Source: Anaerolineae bacterium
GTDB lineage: Bacteria > Chloroflexota > Anaerolineae > Aggregatilineales > JAFGMM01
Assembly (NCBI GenBank): GCA_027494055.1
Contig: JAOSJO010000022.1
Span: 584,893 to 648,892 of the forward strand
Length of the DNA: 64,000 nt
Reading direction: 5' to 3'
Shown here: positions 29,093-38,692 of the stretch, one piece after another
Position numbering within the stretch: position 1 is the first letter of the stretch
Layout of the letters: every line of letters starts with the position of its first letter
Translations under genes and position numbers: made by a program
Notes under the pieces: model-generated
Seen by the model: only the letters and a program-made list of their open reading frames with translations
Database searches by the model: none
What the model was told of the DNA's origin: nothing

Positions 29093-31077
29093 ATGTACCA
29101 CCAGGCTATTCGCGCCAGAAACATCGCGCTGGTTGTGTTGCTCGTCGGGCTGGGGTTGCCGGCGCAGCCGTTCCAGGCGCAGGCTCAGGAGGGGGACCCC
29201 TGGTTGCCGGCGGCGCTGGATGTCATCACGCCTGAGAACGCCGGCGCATTGACTCAGCTCGCGCAGTGGGGCCTGGGGTCGTTGACCGGCGTGGCGCTGT
29301 CGCCCGACGGGAGGACGCTGGCCGCGGGCAGCTCCGTGGGGGTCTGGCTGTACGATACCGGCAATCTCGATGCGCCGCCGCGCCTCGTCCAGGGCCATAC
29401 CGGCGAGGTGAGCGGCGTGTTGTTCGGCCCTGTGGGCAACGTGTTGGCGTCGGCCAGTTGCAGCGAGCCGATCCGGCTGTGGGAGGCCGCAACAGGGAGC
29501 CAGCGCGCAACCCTTGCCGGCTCGGCCCTGTGCCCGGCGCTGTATGCCTTTACGCCGGACGGGGCGTTACTTGCCAGCGCGTCGAACCGGCATGTCGTCG
29601 AGCTGTGGGCGGTCGATGGCGCGGACCAGACCGAGCCGGCGGTCAGGATGGAAGGGCATGAGGCGACCGTCTACAGCGTGGCGTTCAGCGCCGACGGCAG
29701 GCTGATGGCCTCCGGGGCGGCGAATGAAATCCGCGTGTGGGATGCCGCCACCGGCGCGGAACTGGCGCAACTGACCGGCTTTGAAGGGCCGGCTAACGCT
29801 TTGGCCTTCGCGCCGGCGGGCAGAATTCTGGCGGCCGGCACCGGCTCGCCAGACAACGCCATCCGGCTGTGGGATGTGGCCGACCCCGCTGCGGCGTGCG
29901 AGATCGCGCTGCTGGCCCTGCCCTCGCGTGCCGCGGTGGGTCAGGTCGCGTTCAACGCCGACGGGACCCTGTTCGCGGCCAGCGGTGGGAATATGGTCCA
30001 GGTCTGGGAGTTCGCGACCGAGGGCGGCGCGGTCGATTACATGCCCTTCATCTTTTTCGAGGGGCACGCCGACGACATCGGGTCGTTGCGCTTCTTCCCC
30101 CAGCAGGACAGGCTGGTGACCTCCAGCGCGGATCAAACGATCCGCGTGTGGGATGTTCAGACCGGCGAACAGGTCGCAATGCTGGCCGGTTACATGGACT
30201 CGCCAGTCCTCGCCTACAGCCCGGACGGCAGCCTGATCGCGGTCGCCGGGGAGTACCGCGGCCTCAACGAGGCCGTGGTGCTGCTCGACGCGGCGACCGG
30301 GCAGGTCGTGCGCGTCATGGAAAGCGCTTTGAACGAAACCGACTGCATTGCCTTCAGCCCGGATGGCGCGCTGGTGGCCGCCGGCCAGGGGTGGCTGGGC
30401 CGGGGCGGGGTCAAGCTGTGGGATGTCCAGACCGGCGAGCTGCGCGCGCACTTTGCCGATGTTGTCCGCGCCGGCAGCCTGGCGTTCAGCCCGGATGGCG
30501 CGCTGCTGGCGGTCGCGCCCTTGTATGTGACGCCCAGCGAGTTCTACGTGCTCGACCTCCAGACCGGTGAACGGGTGATGACCCTGGGCAGCGACCTCTA
30601 TGAGGGTGATGTCACGAGCGTGGCCTTCAGCCCTGACGGCGCGACGCTCGTATCTACGAGCCTGGACCAGTCGGCGCACCTGTGGGATGTGGCGACCGGC
30701 GCGGTCATCGCCGCCCTGGAGGGCACGAAAGCGCGGTGATGAGCGCGCTGTACAGCCCGGACGGCTCACTGCTGGTGACGGGCGACTGGGGCAATGACGT
30801 GTGGGTCTGGAACCCGGCGACGGCGAAGCCGCGCCTGCGCCTGGATGTGGGTGCGGCGGTGCGCACGATGGCCTTCAGCCCTGGCGGGGAGTTGCTCGCG
30901 ATTGGCGGCAGATTCCGCATCGTTGAGGTGTGGAACCTGCGCGCCAGCACGCGCCTGGCGACGCTCCAGGACCCCTTGAGTGACATCAGAAGCGTGGCGT
31001 TCAGCCCCGACGGGCGCGTTCTCGCCGGGGCGGGTTCGGATGGTGTTGTCCGGTTATGGGGCGTTCCGTTAGACTGA
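29093..31077 (+). CDS. Secreted WD40/beta-propeller repeat protein with a frame break near 30720
   Basis: Leader MYHQAIRARNIALVVLLVGLGLPAQPFQAQA. Many repeats of the form ..FSPDG..LA.....IRLWD... Track ORF 29000-30739 continues in ORF 30682-31077 at ..ALEG|HESAVMSALYSPDG... Confidence 0.8.
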
Positions 31078-31137
31078 AGCAGTTGATGGTGTTCGTCAGC
31101 AGGATGATGACGAGTGATGAGTAGGGAGGTGTGTTCC

Positions 31138-32406
31138 ATGAGTAAGCGGACGTTTGTTGGCCTTTTGCTGGCCGTGCTCTTGCTGTCTGTCGCGGTGAGC
31201 CAGGCGCAGGAGCCGGGCGTCTTGATCGACCGGGCGCTGGCCGACCTCAGCGCGCGGCTTGGGCGGACGGTGGGGTTGAGCAACCTGCTTGAGTGGCGCT
31301 GGAACCAGCAGTTCTATCCCGACACGAGCCTGGGCTGCCCGGCGGAGGGCCAGGCGTACACGCAGGAACGGACGCTCGGCTTCCAGTTTCTGTTCACGAC
31401 CAGCGACGGCGTGACCTATGACTACCGCGCCAACGTCGACGGTTCCGTGCTCTTTCTCTGCGTCGAGGGCCGCCCCGCCGAGGGCACGGGCGCGCCGCCC
31501 GCCGCCGCCCCGACCGCCACACAGCCGCTGCCTGCGGGGACGGCGACCCCCTCACTGACCGCGACGCCCGGCACGGCGGCGCCCTGCGACCCCGTGCCCG
31601 GATCGGGCTACCTGCCGCCGCGCCTGGCGGTGGGCGCGGCGGGCCGCTCCATCGATGACGGCGTGCCCAGCAACGTGCGCAGCGAACCCTCGCGCAGCGC
31701 CAGCGTGGTCGTGCAGATTCCGGCGGGCGAGCGCTTCACCGTGCTGGAGGGGCCGGTGTGCAACGAGGGGCTGGTGTGGTGGCGCGTGATGTACGGGAAC
31801 TTCAGCGGCTGGACCGCCGAGGGCGAGGACGACACGTACTGGGTCGAGCCGCTGCCGGATGGGCGTGCGGCGATCACGCTGGCGACGATGGACCGGCTCA
31901 GCCAGCTTGCCGTGCTGAATCACGCCGCGCCGCTTTCGGGCAACGTGGCCTTCAGCCCGGACGGCGCGTTGCTCGCCGCCGGGACGGAAGAGGGCGTTGT
32001 GCAGCTCTGGGGCGCCGCCGCCGGCGTGCAGGCGTTCGAGCTGGCCGGCCACGAGGGCGCGATCACCGCGCTGGCGTTCAACGCCGGCGGCACGGTGCTC
32101 GCGTCGGCGGACGCGGACGGCGTCGTGCGCCTGTGGAACCCGGCGCTCGGCGTGGAGCAGTTCGCGCTGACCGGGCACGAGGGCGCAGTCACCGCGCTCG
32201 CGTTCAACCTCGACGGGAGCCTGCTGGCCTCCGGCGGCGAGGACGGCATTGTGCGGCTGTGGAACGTCGCTGAAGGACTGGCCGAGTCGTTGATTACAGC
32301 GCACACTGGCCCGATCGTCAGCCTTGCGTTCACCGCCGACGGCGCAATACTGGCCTCCTCCAGCGAAGACGGCACCGCGCGGCTCTGGGGCCTGCCAGCA
32401 GAGTAG
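31138..32406 (+). CDS. Secreted protein with an unassigned N-domain, Pro/Ala/Thr linker, SH3b-like domain and WD40 repeats
   Basis: Leader MSKRTFVGLLLAVLLLSVAVSQAQ. SH3b-like stretch SNVRSEPSRSASVVVQIPAGERFTVLEGPVCNEGLVWWRV. Four WD repeats (..GHEGAITALAFN..VRLWN..). Confidence 0.8.
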   Translation: MSKRTFVGLLLAVLLLSVAVSQAQEPGVLIDRALADLSARLGRTVGLSNLLEWRWNQQFYPDTSLGCPAEGQAYTQERTLGFQFLFTTSDGVTYDYRANVDGSVLFLCVEGRPAEGTGAPPAAAPTATQPLPAGTATPSLTATPGTAAPCDPVPGSGYLPPRLAVGAAGRSIDDGVPSNVRSEPSRSASVVVQIPAGERFTVLEGPVCNEGLVWWRVMYGNFSGWTAEGEDDTYWVEPLPDGRAAITLATMDRLSQLAVLNHAAPLSGNVAFSPDGALLAAGTEEGVVQLWGAAAGVQAFELAGHEGAITALAFNAGGTVLASADADGVVRLWNPALGVEQFALTGHEGAVTALAFNLDGSLLASGGEDGIVRLWNVAEGLAESLITAHTGPIVSLAFTADGAILASSSEDGTARLWGLPAE

Positions 32407-32441
32407 CAGGGCGACACCGCGAGCAGATGAGGACACGTGAG

Positions 32442-32470
32442 AGGGCGAACCCGGCGGTTCGCCCGTTTTG
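32442..32470 (+). terminator. Rho-independent terminator after the WD40 gene
   Basis: GGGCGAACC-CGGC-GGTTCGCCC followed by GTTTTGTCGTT. Confidence 0.75.
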
Positions 32471-32671
32471 TCGTTGCGCGGTTTGAAACGGTGGCGCAAA
32501 ATCTGATATAGTATCCCCGATTATGGGGATGCACAGGGCCGACCGCCCATCCCTTCTTCCGGGAACGTGAGTAGCAACAAGGACGGGTGCTAGGCAGAGT
32601 CTTATTATTCGTGTAATCCGTGTTATCGGTGGTTAAGAAACGAGCGAGACAGGCGTTCAGGGAAACGGCAC

Positions 32672-33484
32672 ATGAAACCTGACGTGACCCGGCAGGAGCC
32701 GGTGTCTTCGGAGCGATACGACGAGCGGTACTTCCTCACCGCGTGCGAGGGGTACGCCGAATTCACCGCCGAGGAGGGCCGGCAGCTCTCGCGGCGGCTC
32801 GCGGCGGCGTTCGCGCTGGCGGAGGTCACGCCGGGGATGCGCGTGCTCGACGTGGGCTGCGGGCGCGGCGAGATCGTGCGGCACTGCGCGCTGCTCGGCG
32901 CGGATGCCTACGGCGTAGATTACGCAGCGGTCGCGGTGCGGTTCTCCCGGCAGGTGGTCGCCAACCTGGGCGCGGGCGCGGGCCGGACCGGCGTGCTGCA
33001 AAGCGACGCCAAGCGCCTGCCCTTTGGCGGCGGGCAGTTCGACCGCGTGCTCATGTTCGACATCGTGGAGCACCTCCACCCCTGGGAATTGCACGAGGCG
33101 CTGCGCGAGGCGCACCGGCTGCTGAAGCCCGATGGCCGGCTCGTCGTGCACACCGCGCCCAACGTGTGGTACGACCGCTACGCCTACCCGCTGGTGCGCC
33201 GGCTGCGGCAGCTCCAGGGCCAGGGCGACCGCTACCCGACAAACCCGCGCGCGTTTCTCGTGCCAGAGAACACGCACGTGCACGTCAACGAGCAATCGAT
33301 CCTGAGCCTGCGGCGCGCGCTGCGCCGGGCGGGCTTCGCATCGCGCGTGTGGCTCGACTCGCCGCCACAGCGCTACACCGACGTTCACCCGTTGGAGGCG
33401 GCGGTGCGGCGCGCCGCGTTCCGGTGGCCGCCCTTCCGCTGGTTCTTCGAGCGCGAGCTGTTCGCGATAGGGCGCAAGCGCTAG
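32672..33484 (+). CDS. Class I SAM-dependent methyltransferase
   Basis: Motif I VLDVGCGRGE and post-I/II motifs (..DAKRLPFGGGQFDRVLMFDIVEHL..LLKPDGRLVV). Confidence 0.85.
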   Translation: MKPDVTRQEPVSSERYDERYFLTACEGYAEFTAEEGRQLSRRLAAAFALAEVTPGMRVLDVGCGRGEIVRHCALLGADAYGVDYAAVAVRFSRQVVANLGAGAGRTGVLQSDAKRLPFGGGQFDRVLMFDIVEHLHPWELHEALREAHRLLKPDGRLVVHTAPNVWYDRYAYPLVRRLRQLQGQGDRYPTNPRAFLVPENTHVHVNEQSILSLRRALRRAGFASRVWLDSPPQRYTDVHPLEAAVRRAAFRWPPFRWFFERELFAIGRKR

Positions 33485-33595
33485 CGCCGGGCGCGTTTTT
33501 GGGGCCGTTGTCCAATGGCGCTGGCCGCGTTTGTGCATAGAATCAGGTGTTGATCCAGACTTCGCCGGGTGAGATGGGCATTATCAGGGCAGCGC

Positions 33596-34649
33596 ATGCG
33601 TGACAAGCGGACAGTAGACGAACTCTCGATTGAGGAACTGGAGATCATCCTCGCCATCAAGAAGCGCGAGGCGCGCCAGGAGCGCCTGCGGCAGATGGCG
33701 CAGCGCGGGCGCGTGGTGGGTGCGTCGCCGGAGGACAACCGCCAGCCGGCCCCGGAGCCGCAGTTGCACGAGCTTGGCGTGGACATCCCCGCGCCAGAGC
33801 GCCCCCGGCACTTCGACACCACATTCGAGCCGCCCCAGTGGGAGGAGGACCTCGGCTCCCGGCCTGAAAAGCCGGAGAAGCGCAAAAAGGAGCCTGACCC
33901 CGTCCGCCCGCTCGCCGAGCGCGAGAAGGCGGCGCGGTGGCGGCGCTTCCGCGACAAGTTCCTGCTGGTGATCGAGGTCTGCGCGCTGGTCGGCTTCGTG
34001 GCGCTGCTCGGCCTGGTTGCGCTCAGCGTGCGCGACATCATGGAAACCACGCGCCAGGAGATGGCCGCCGCCGCCGCCGCCCTCCCCACGCCCACGGACG
34101 CGCCGGACATCGGCGTGCCCATCGTGCTCCCCGGCGGGCACACGCCCCCGACCTCGCCCGGCGGCGCGCGCTACAACCTCAACGAGATCCCCGAACACCT
34201 GCGGCCCGTGGTGCAGTCGCAGCTCGAAGCGCCCATTACGCGCCCGACGCCCGGCGCGGAGTCGCCGGTGCGCATCCGCATCCCGGACATCGGCGTTGAC
34301 CACCCGGTGGTGCTCGGCGATGACTGGGAGACGCTGAAAGCGCGGCGTGGGGCACCGGCTGGGTAGCGCAAACCCCGGCCAACGCGGTAATATGGTGATG
34401 TCCGCGCACAACGACATCTACGGCGAGATCTTCCGCTACCTGGACCAGTTGCAGCCCGGAGATGAGATCTTCGTCCAGACGGCCAGCGAAGAATTCCGGT
34501 ATGTGGTCAACGAGTGGCGCATCGTCGCGCCGACCGACGTGTGGGTGCTCGCGCCGACGCAAGGCCCCACGCTGACGCTGGTCTCCTGCTACCCGTACCT
34601 GATCGATACCGAGCGCATCGTCGTGTTCGCGGACCTGGCCGAGAGTTGA
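33596..34649 (+). CDS. Sortase-family transpeptidase with a long N-terminal region and one TM helix; frame break near 34340
   Basis: The TM segment is FLLVIEVCALVGFVALLGLVAL. The catalytic domain is split between track ORFs 33569-34366 and 34347-34649 (..VLGDDWETLK|(R)GVGHRLGSANPGQRGNMVMSAHNDIYGEIF..LTLVSCYPY..), with the conserved His (SAHND) and Cys (LVSC). Confidence 0.75.
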
Positions 34650-34677
34650 GCCACATCGCAGCCGAACAGGAAACGCC

Positions 34678-34968
34678 ATGAGCAAGAAGAAACGCAAGAG
34701 CCGGAGCAGCCAGCCGAACCTGCCCCAGGAGACCATCGACCGCGCTGAAGCGCGCGCGTCGCACAGGCCCGTCGAGAAGAAGCCCGCCCCCCCGCCGGCA
34801 GAGGAGGGCGAGAAACCCGCGACCCCGCAGGCGCAGCCGGCCGGGGCCAAACCGGCGGTCAACCTGGCGCAGGAATACCGGTATGTCGTGCAGGACCTGC
34901 AGCGCATTGGCGTGCTGGCCGCCGCCATGCTTGTCGTGCTGGCGCTGCTGAAGCTGCTGGCGGGCTAG
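34678..34968 (+). CDS. Hypothetical basic/Pro-rich protein with a C-terminal TM anchor
   Basis: 96-aa ORF with a Lys/Arg-rich N-terminus, a low-complexity middle and a hydrophobic tail (IGVLAAAMLVVLALLKLLAG). No family recognised. Confidence 0.45.
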   Translation: MSKKKRKSRSSQPNLPQETIDRAEARASHRPVEKKPAPPPAEEGEKPATPQAQPAGAKPAVNLAQEYRYVVQDLQRIGVLAAAMLVVLALLKLLAG

Positions 34969-35126
34969 CCCCGGCGCGCCGCAAGGCTCGCGTCGCCGCC
35001 ATAAGCCGACTGTGCCTGGGCGCTGAAGGTTTGTTCCTGGTTTGTTTACGATCCGCGCGCAAGGGACTATAATCGGGCCTGTACTCATGTGCGGATAATC
35101 CAGACAATGCGACCAGGCGGCGGACA

Positions 35127-35648
35127 TTGACTCAAGACGTGAAAAGTATGACGACCTGCCCCAAGTGTAAAACCCAAAACCCCGAAGGAATCCTCTTCTG
35201 CCAGAACTGCGGCTGGGCGCTGATGGATATGGCGCGGTACAAGGCGACCAGCACCCTGGAACTCCCCCAGGACGCGCCAACGGAGACGCGCACACGACCC
35301 CAGGGCACCTCTACGCTGCGGCCCGATGGCGCGGTGCGGATTCACATTGAGGGCGCGCAACCCATGACGCTGAACTTCGCCAGAGACCTCCTCTTCGGGC
35401 GGCCCGACCCGACCACCGGCCACAAGCCGGATGTCGATCTGACGCCCTTTGGCGGCCTGGAGAAAGGCGTCAGCCGCGCCCACGCCAAGCTGGCCCGCAC
35501 CGATAACGGCTTGCTGCTCAACGACCTCTCCAGCACCAACGGAACCTGGCTCAACGGCAAGCGCGTGGTGCCCGAAAGCCCGCTCAGGGTGCGCGACGGC
35601 GACGAGGTGCGCATGGGCCAGCTCGTCATGGAGATTTTCTTCAAGTGA
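35127..35648 (+). CDS. Zinc-ribbon plus FHA domain protein (paralog 1)
   Basis: CPKCKTQNPEGILFCQNCG, then an FHA core (..LLFGR...DVDL....GVSRAHAKL....LLLNDLSSTNGTWLNG..). An alternative ATG start is at 35148. Confidence 0.85.
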   Translation: MTQDVKSMTTCPKCKTQNPEGILFCQNCGWALMDMARYKATSTLELPQDAPTETRTRPQGTSTLRPDGAVRIHIEGAQPMTLNFARDLLFGRPDPTTGHKPDVDLTPFGGLEKGVSRAHAKLARTDNGLLLNDLSSTNGTWLNGKRVVPESPLRVRDGDEVRMGQLVMEIFFK

Positions 35649-35777
35649 GGCGTGCGCCCGCTGTCGCCTCGCCGCAGATGGACGCCTCTGAGCCGGGAGA
35701 CGCCTGGCATCGCCGGGCAGGAAGCGCTCTGACAGGTTTGTGAGGCTCTTGGCCGGGACAGGCGGGATCGAAGCGCA

Positions 35778-36284
35778 ATGGTAGACGCGACGCGGCGTTG
35801 TCCGGTCTGCGACCACGAAAATCCCCTGGACGAGTTCGTCTGCCGGCGCTGCGGCGCGCGCCTGGAACCCCCCTCCTTTGACACCTCCCTCCTGCCAGCC
35901 GAAGACGGCGCGGAGGGCGAGGCCCGCGCCAGCGACGGTACCGCGACATTCGGCCCATACCGCACCCTGCGCATCGAGATCGAAGGCAGCGCCCAGCCCG
36001 TCCACGCGCACCCACAGCCTGAGATTGTGCTCGGTCGGCGCGACCCCGGCGCCGACATCGACCCGGAGATCGACCTCACGCCCTTCGCCGGCTTCCGGAT
36101 GGGGGTCTCGCGCCGCCATGCTGCGATCCGCGCCAGCGGCGACCGTCTCAACCTGTGGGACCTGGGCAGCAGCAATGGCACCTTCCTCAACGGCCAGCGG
36201 CTCGCCCCAGACCGGCCCTACACCCTTCACGACGGCGACGAAGTGCGCCTGGGCCAGATGGTCCTGCGCATTTCCTTCGAGTGA
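35778..36284 (+). CDS. Zinc-ribbon plus FHA domain protein (paralog 2)
   Basis: CPVCDHENPLDEFVCRRCG, then an FHA core (IVLGRRD..IDLTPF..GVSRRHAAI..LWDLGSSNGTFLNG). Confidence 0.85.
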   Translation: MVDATRRCPVCDHENPLDEFVCRRCGARLEPPSFDTSLLPAEDGAEGEARASDGTATFGPYRTLRIEIEGSAQPVHAHPQPEIVLGRRDPGADIDPEIDLTPFAGFRMGVSRRHAAIRASGDRLNLWDLGSSNGTFLNGQRLAPDRPYTLHDGDEVRLGQMVLRISFE

Positions 36285-36474
36285 CTGGCAATCATTACAC
36301 GATTCCATCCAGATTAAAACCCTGCATAAATCTCCAAAAGCCGAAACTGGTATATGATAGATCGCGCAGTTATGAAAAATGTGAAGGCGCGCGAACCGGC
36401 CCGAATCGGCCCGAATCGGCTTGAGGCCGGGGTGCTGCCTACTCTGTCACGGGACACGATTAAGCGTGGAGAGC

Positions 36475-37020
36475 ATGAACGACACAAGGGCGTCGCGCCG
36501 TATGATCATTTGCGCCAATTGCCATAGCGAGAACCGGGAGGGCGAGTTCTTCTGCGCGGTGTGCGGGTGCGGCCTGATTAACGATCCGCGCACGCCCATC
36601 TACATGCGCAGGGAAGGCGTCGAAGTCAAGACCGACCGTCTGGCGTGGGGGACCTCGCACTTCGAGGAAGGCGACCAGCTCGTCATCTACGTCCGCGACG
36701 ATGCCACGCCCATCATCGTCGAACCGGGCACGCAGATGGTCGTCGGGCGCTCCGACGCATACAGCGGCGTCAGCCCCGACCTGGACCTCGCCGCCTACCG
36801 CGCGGTCGAGCGCGGCGTCTCGCGGTATCACGCCGCCATCCACCGCGTGGAACAGGCCCTCATGCTGGAGGACCTGAACAGCAGCAACGGCACGCGCGTC
36901 AACGGGCGGCGGGTGCCGCCCGGCCAGCCGTGGGTGCTCCACGACGGCGACGAGCTGCGCCTGGGCAACCTGATTATGCACCTGTACTTCACCGCCGTGC
37001 CGCGCTTGCAGCGCTCGTAG
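36475..37020 (+). CDS. Zinc-ribbon plus FHA domain protein (paralog 3)
   Basis: CANCHSENREGEFFCAVCG, then an FHA core (MVVGRSD..LDLAAY..GVSRYHAAI..LEDLNSSNGTRVNG). Confidence 0.85.
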   Translation: MNDTRASRRMIICANCHSENREGEFFCAVCGCGLINDPRTPIYMRREGVEVKTDRLAWGTSHFEEGDQLVIYVRDDATPIIVEPGTQMVVGRSDAYSGVSPDLDLAAYRAVERGVSRYHAAIHRVEQALMLEDLNSSNGTRVNGRRVPPGQPWVLHDGDELRLGNLIMHLYFTAVPRLQRS

Positions 37021-37163
37021 TACTTCTTACCTATCAGACTCGTGCGCGATTTCATGTAAGCTAAGGGCGCAATCAGTGCGCAGTTGCGGCGCTGTTTGCC
37101 CAACTCGTAGAAGCTCTTGGTTCGCATCGACGTTACAGGCGTGCCGCCGATCTGGTGGGACGC

Positions 37164-37193
37164 TTAAGTGTTTTGGGCCGATGCTGTTATAAT
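37164..37193 (+). promoter_or_regulatory. Candidate promoter upstream of flp
   Basis: TTAAGT (37164-37169), an 18-nt spacer, then TATAAT (37188-37193). Confidence 0.45.
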
Positions 37194-37241
37194 CAGCCGT
37201 AGCGGCGATATCGCGTCAGGTTTGCGGAAGGGGGTGATACC

Positions 37242-37400
37242 ATGCTGGAGGTCAGGTCGAAGCGAGACCGGGAGCGCGGCCAGGGTCTGGTGGAATATGC
37301 CCTGATCTTGATCTTCGTCGCTGTGGTGCTTATCGCACTGCTGACGATTCTCGGCCCCGGAATCTCCAACATCTACCAGGACATCCTGGAAACGCTATGA
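37242..37400 (+). CDS. flp: Flp/Fap-family type IVb pilin precursor (52 aa; below the ORF-track length cutoff)
   Basis: The translation is MLEVRSKRDRERGQGLVEYALILIFVAVVLIALLTILGPGISNIYQDILETL. It has the Flp processing motif G/QGLVEYAL and a hydrophobic helix. An RBS-like GGAAGGGGGTG lies 5-6 nt upstream. Confidence 0.75.
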   Translation: MLEVRSKRDRERGQGLVEYALILIFVAVVLIALLTILGPGISNIYQDILETL

Positions 37401-37446
37401 GCCTCATTGCAATTTGATCGCACGTGCACTTAACGACCAGGCCCGG

Positions 37447-37483
37447 CCTTCATGCCGGGCCTGGCTTCTTTCTCCACCAACAC
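37447..37483 (+). terminator. Rho-independent terminator after flp
   Basis: CCAGGCCCGGC-CTTCAT-GCCGGGCCTGG followed by CTTCTTTCT. Confidence 0.7.
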
Positions 37484-37616
37484 CGCGCCGCCGGTAACGG
37501 CAAGGGCGGGCCGCGAAGCCCTGCAAATCTCATAGGAAATCGGGCGGGATTACGGTGGCTAAGTAAAAATCCAAAGAAGAACAAGAGCCAAGCGGAGACA
37601 TTGGCAAGGACGACGA

Positions 37617-38013
37617 TTAATCATCGGTCGTCTCATCGCCTAAAATCAGACGTTTATGTCGCGGCGCTATAGTCTTTGCGGTCAAGACTGCTCGAAAGAT
37701 ATCCACCTTAACAATATCGGTGACGGGTTCTCTGGGATGATTGAGTTCAAATCGCTCAAATGGATACAAATCGATGCAATCTACGTATGAATCATGGGAC
37801 AAGCAAGTATGATCGGATGCGGGAATATCAACTTGACAGGCTAATAGATCGGGATCATTCTGTATCTTGGCCACAATTCTTGAGTTTATTAAGAAACCCA
37901 TGCAGCGCAGGCCATCTTCACAAACGATAACCACAAGTTTCCCTTTGGGATGTGGAATTGTGTGGGACAGTGTGGAACATAAAAATATGCCACAACTGAA
38001 TGCTCTGAGGCAT
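37617..38013 (-). CDS. Unassigned small protein downstream of the Panacea-like gene (candidate toxin; weak MazF/PemK-like pattern); probable frame break around 37940-37970
   Basis: Track ORF 37617-37934 stays open upstream (..TIPHPKGKLVVIVCEDG..) with no start codon. An ATG at 38013 (MPQSIQLWHIFMFHTVPH..) lies 11 nt after the upstream stop, in another frame. The 397-nt length fits a single indel. Low-GC codon usage. Confidence 0.4.
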
Positions 38014-38024
38014 AACGCTCAACT

Positions 38025-38569
38025 TCAATGGCGATTGTATATATAGTCCAACAACTCTTCGGGGTTGTTGAGTTCTTCCTTTATGATGTCTTCAACATTC
38101 ATGCGAATACTGCCTGCAGTGCCTCTTTCTTTAAACGCCTTCTCCCACGCCCGATCATGGCTGGCTTTCGTTCTGGCACCAAAAAGATCCTTAGGATTTC
38201 GTTTCCTTAGACGCTCATCTGCCCGCAAGGCTTCATCAAGACATTCTCGGTCTGCCTCACTTAACCAATCAAGATCGGCATCACGCGAAGGCTTGATGTT
38301 TGGCCCTTTCTCATTGACAAAACCATACTCGCCAGATTCCGGCGGTCTTTTCATCAAATCATAAACATGTGATGGGGCAGGGCCAAAATCAAAGCATAGT
38401 ATTCATCGCCACAGATAAAACGACCATAGCGCTCCAGACTTATTTTATCCGCGCTATAGAATACCTTGCTGATACTATGAAATGTCGGATCGGGAATACG
38501 GTTGGCGATATAAAGGATTGCCTCTATTGCCTTCTCCCGATCAAATTGAAATCTTATCTGTGTGCTCAT
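38025..38569 (-). CDS. Panacea/DUF4065 (SocA-like antitoxin) domain protein with a frame break near 38391
   Basis: N-terminus FDREKAIEAILYIANRIPDPTFHSISKVFYSADKISLERYGRFICGDEYYA, then after a 1-nt shift in a T-run FDFGPAPSHVYDLMKRPPESGEYGFV... Joins track ORFs 38354-38569 and 38025-38357. The 545-nt length fits one missing base. Confidence 0.6.
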
Positions 38570-38668
38570 GGCACTTCCTCAGCAGGATATAGAACGTTTG
38601 TCCTACTAAGTATATCACGTCAACCCTTGGCTTGTAAAGATTATACGATATGAATCACCAAACCGGAA

Positions 38669-38692
38669 ATCGCTCGTGGAGTTCCGAGCGAT
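38669..38692 (-). terminator. Hairpin downstream of nuoN (candidate nuo operon terminator)
   Basis: ATCGCTCG-8 nt-CGAGCGAT, followed on the minus strand by TTCCGGTTTGG. Confidence 0.45.
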
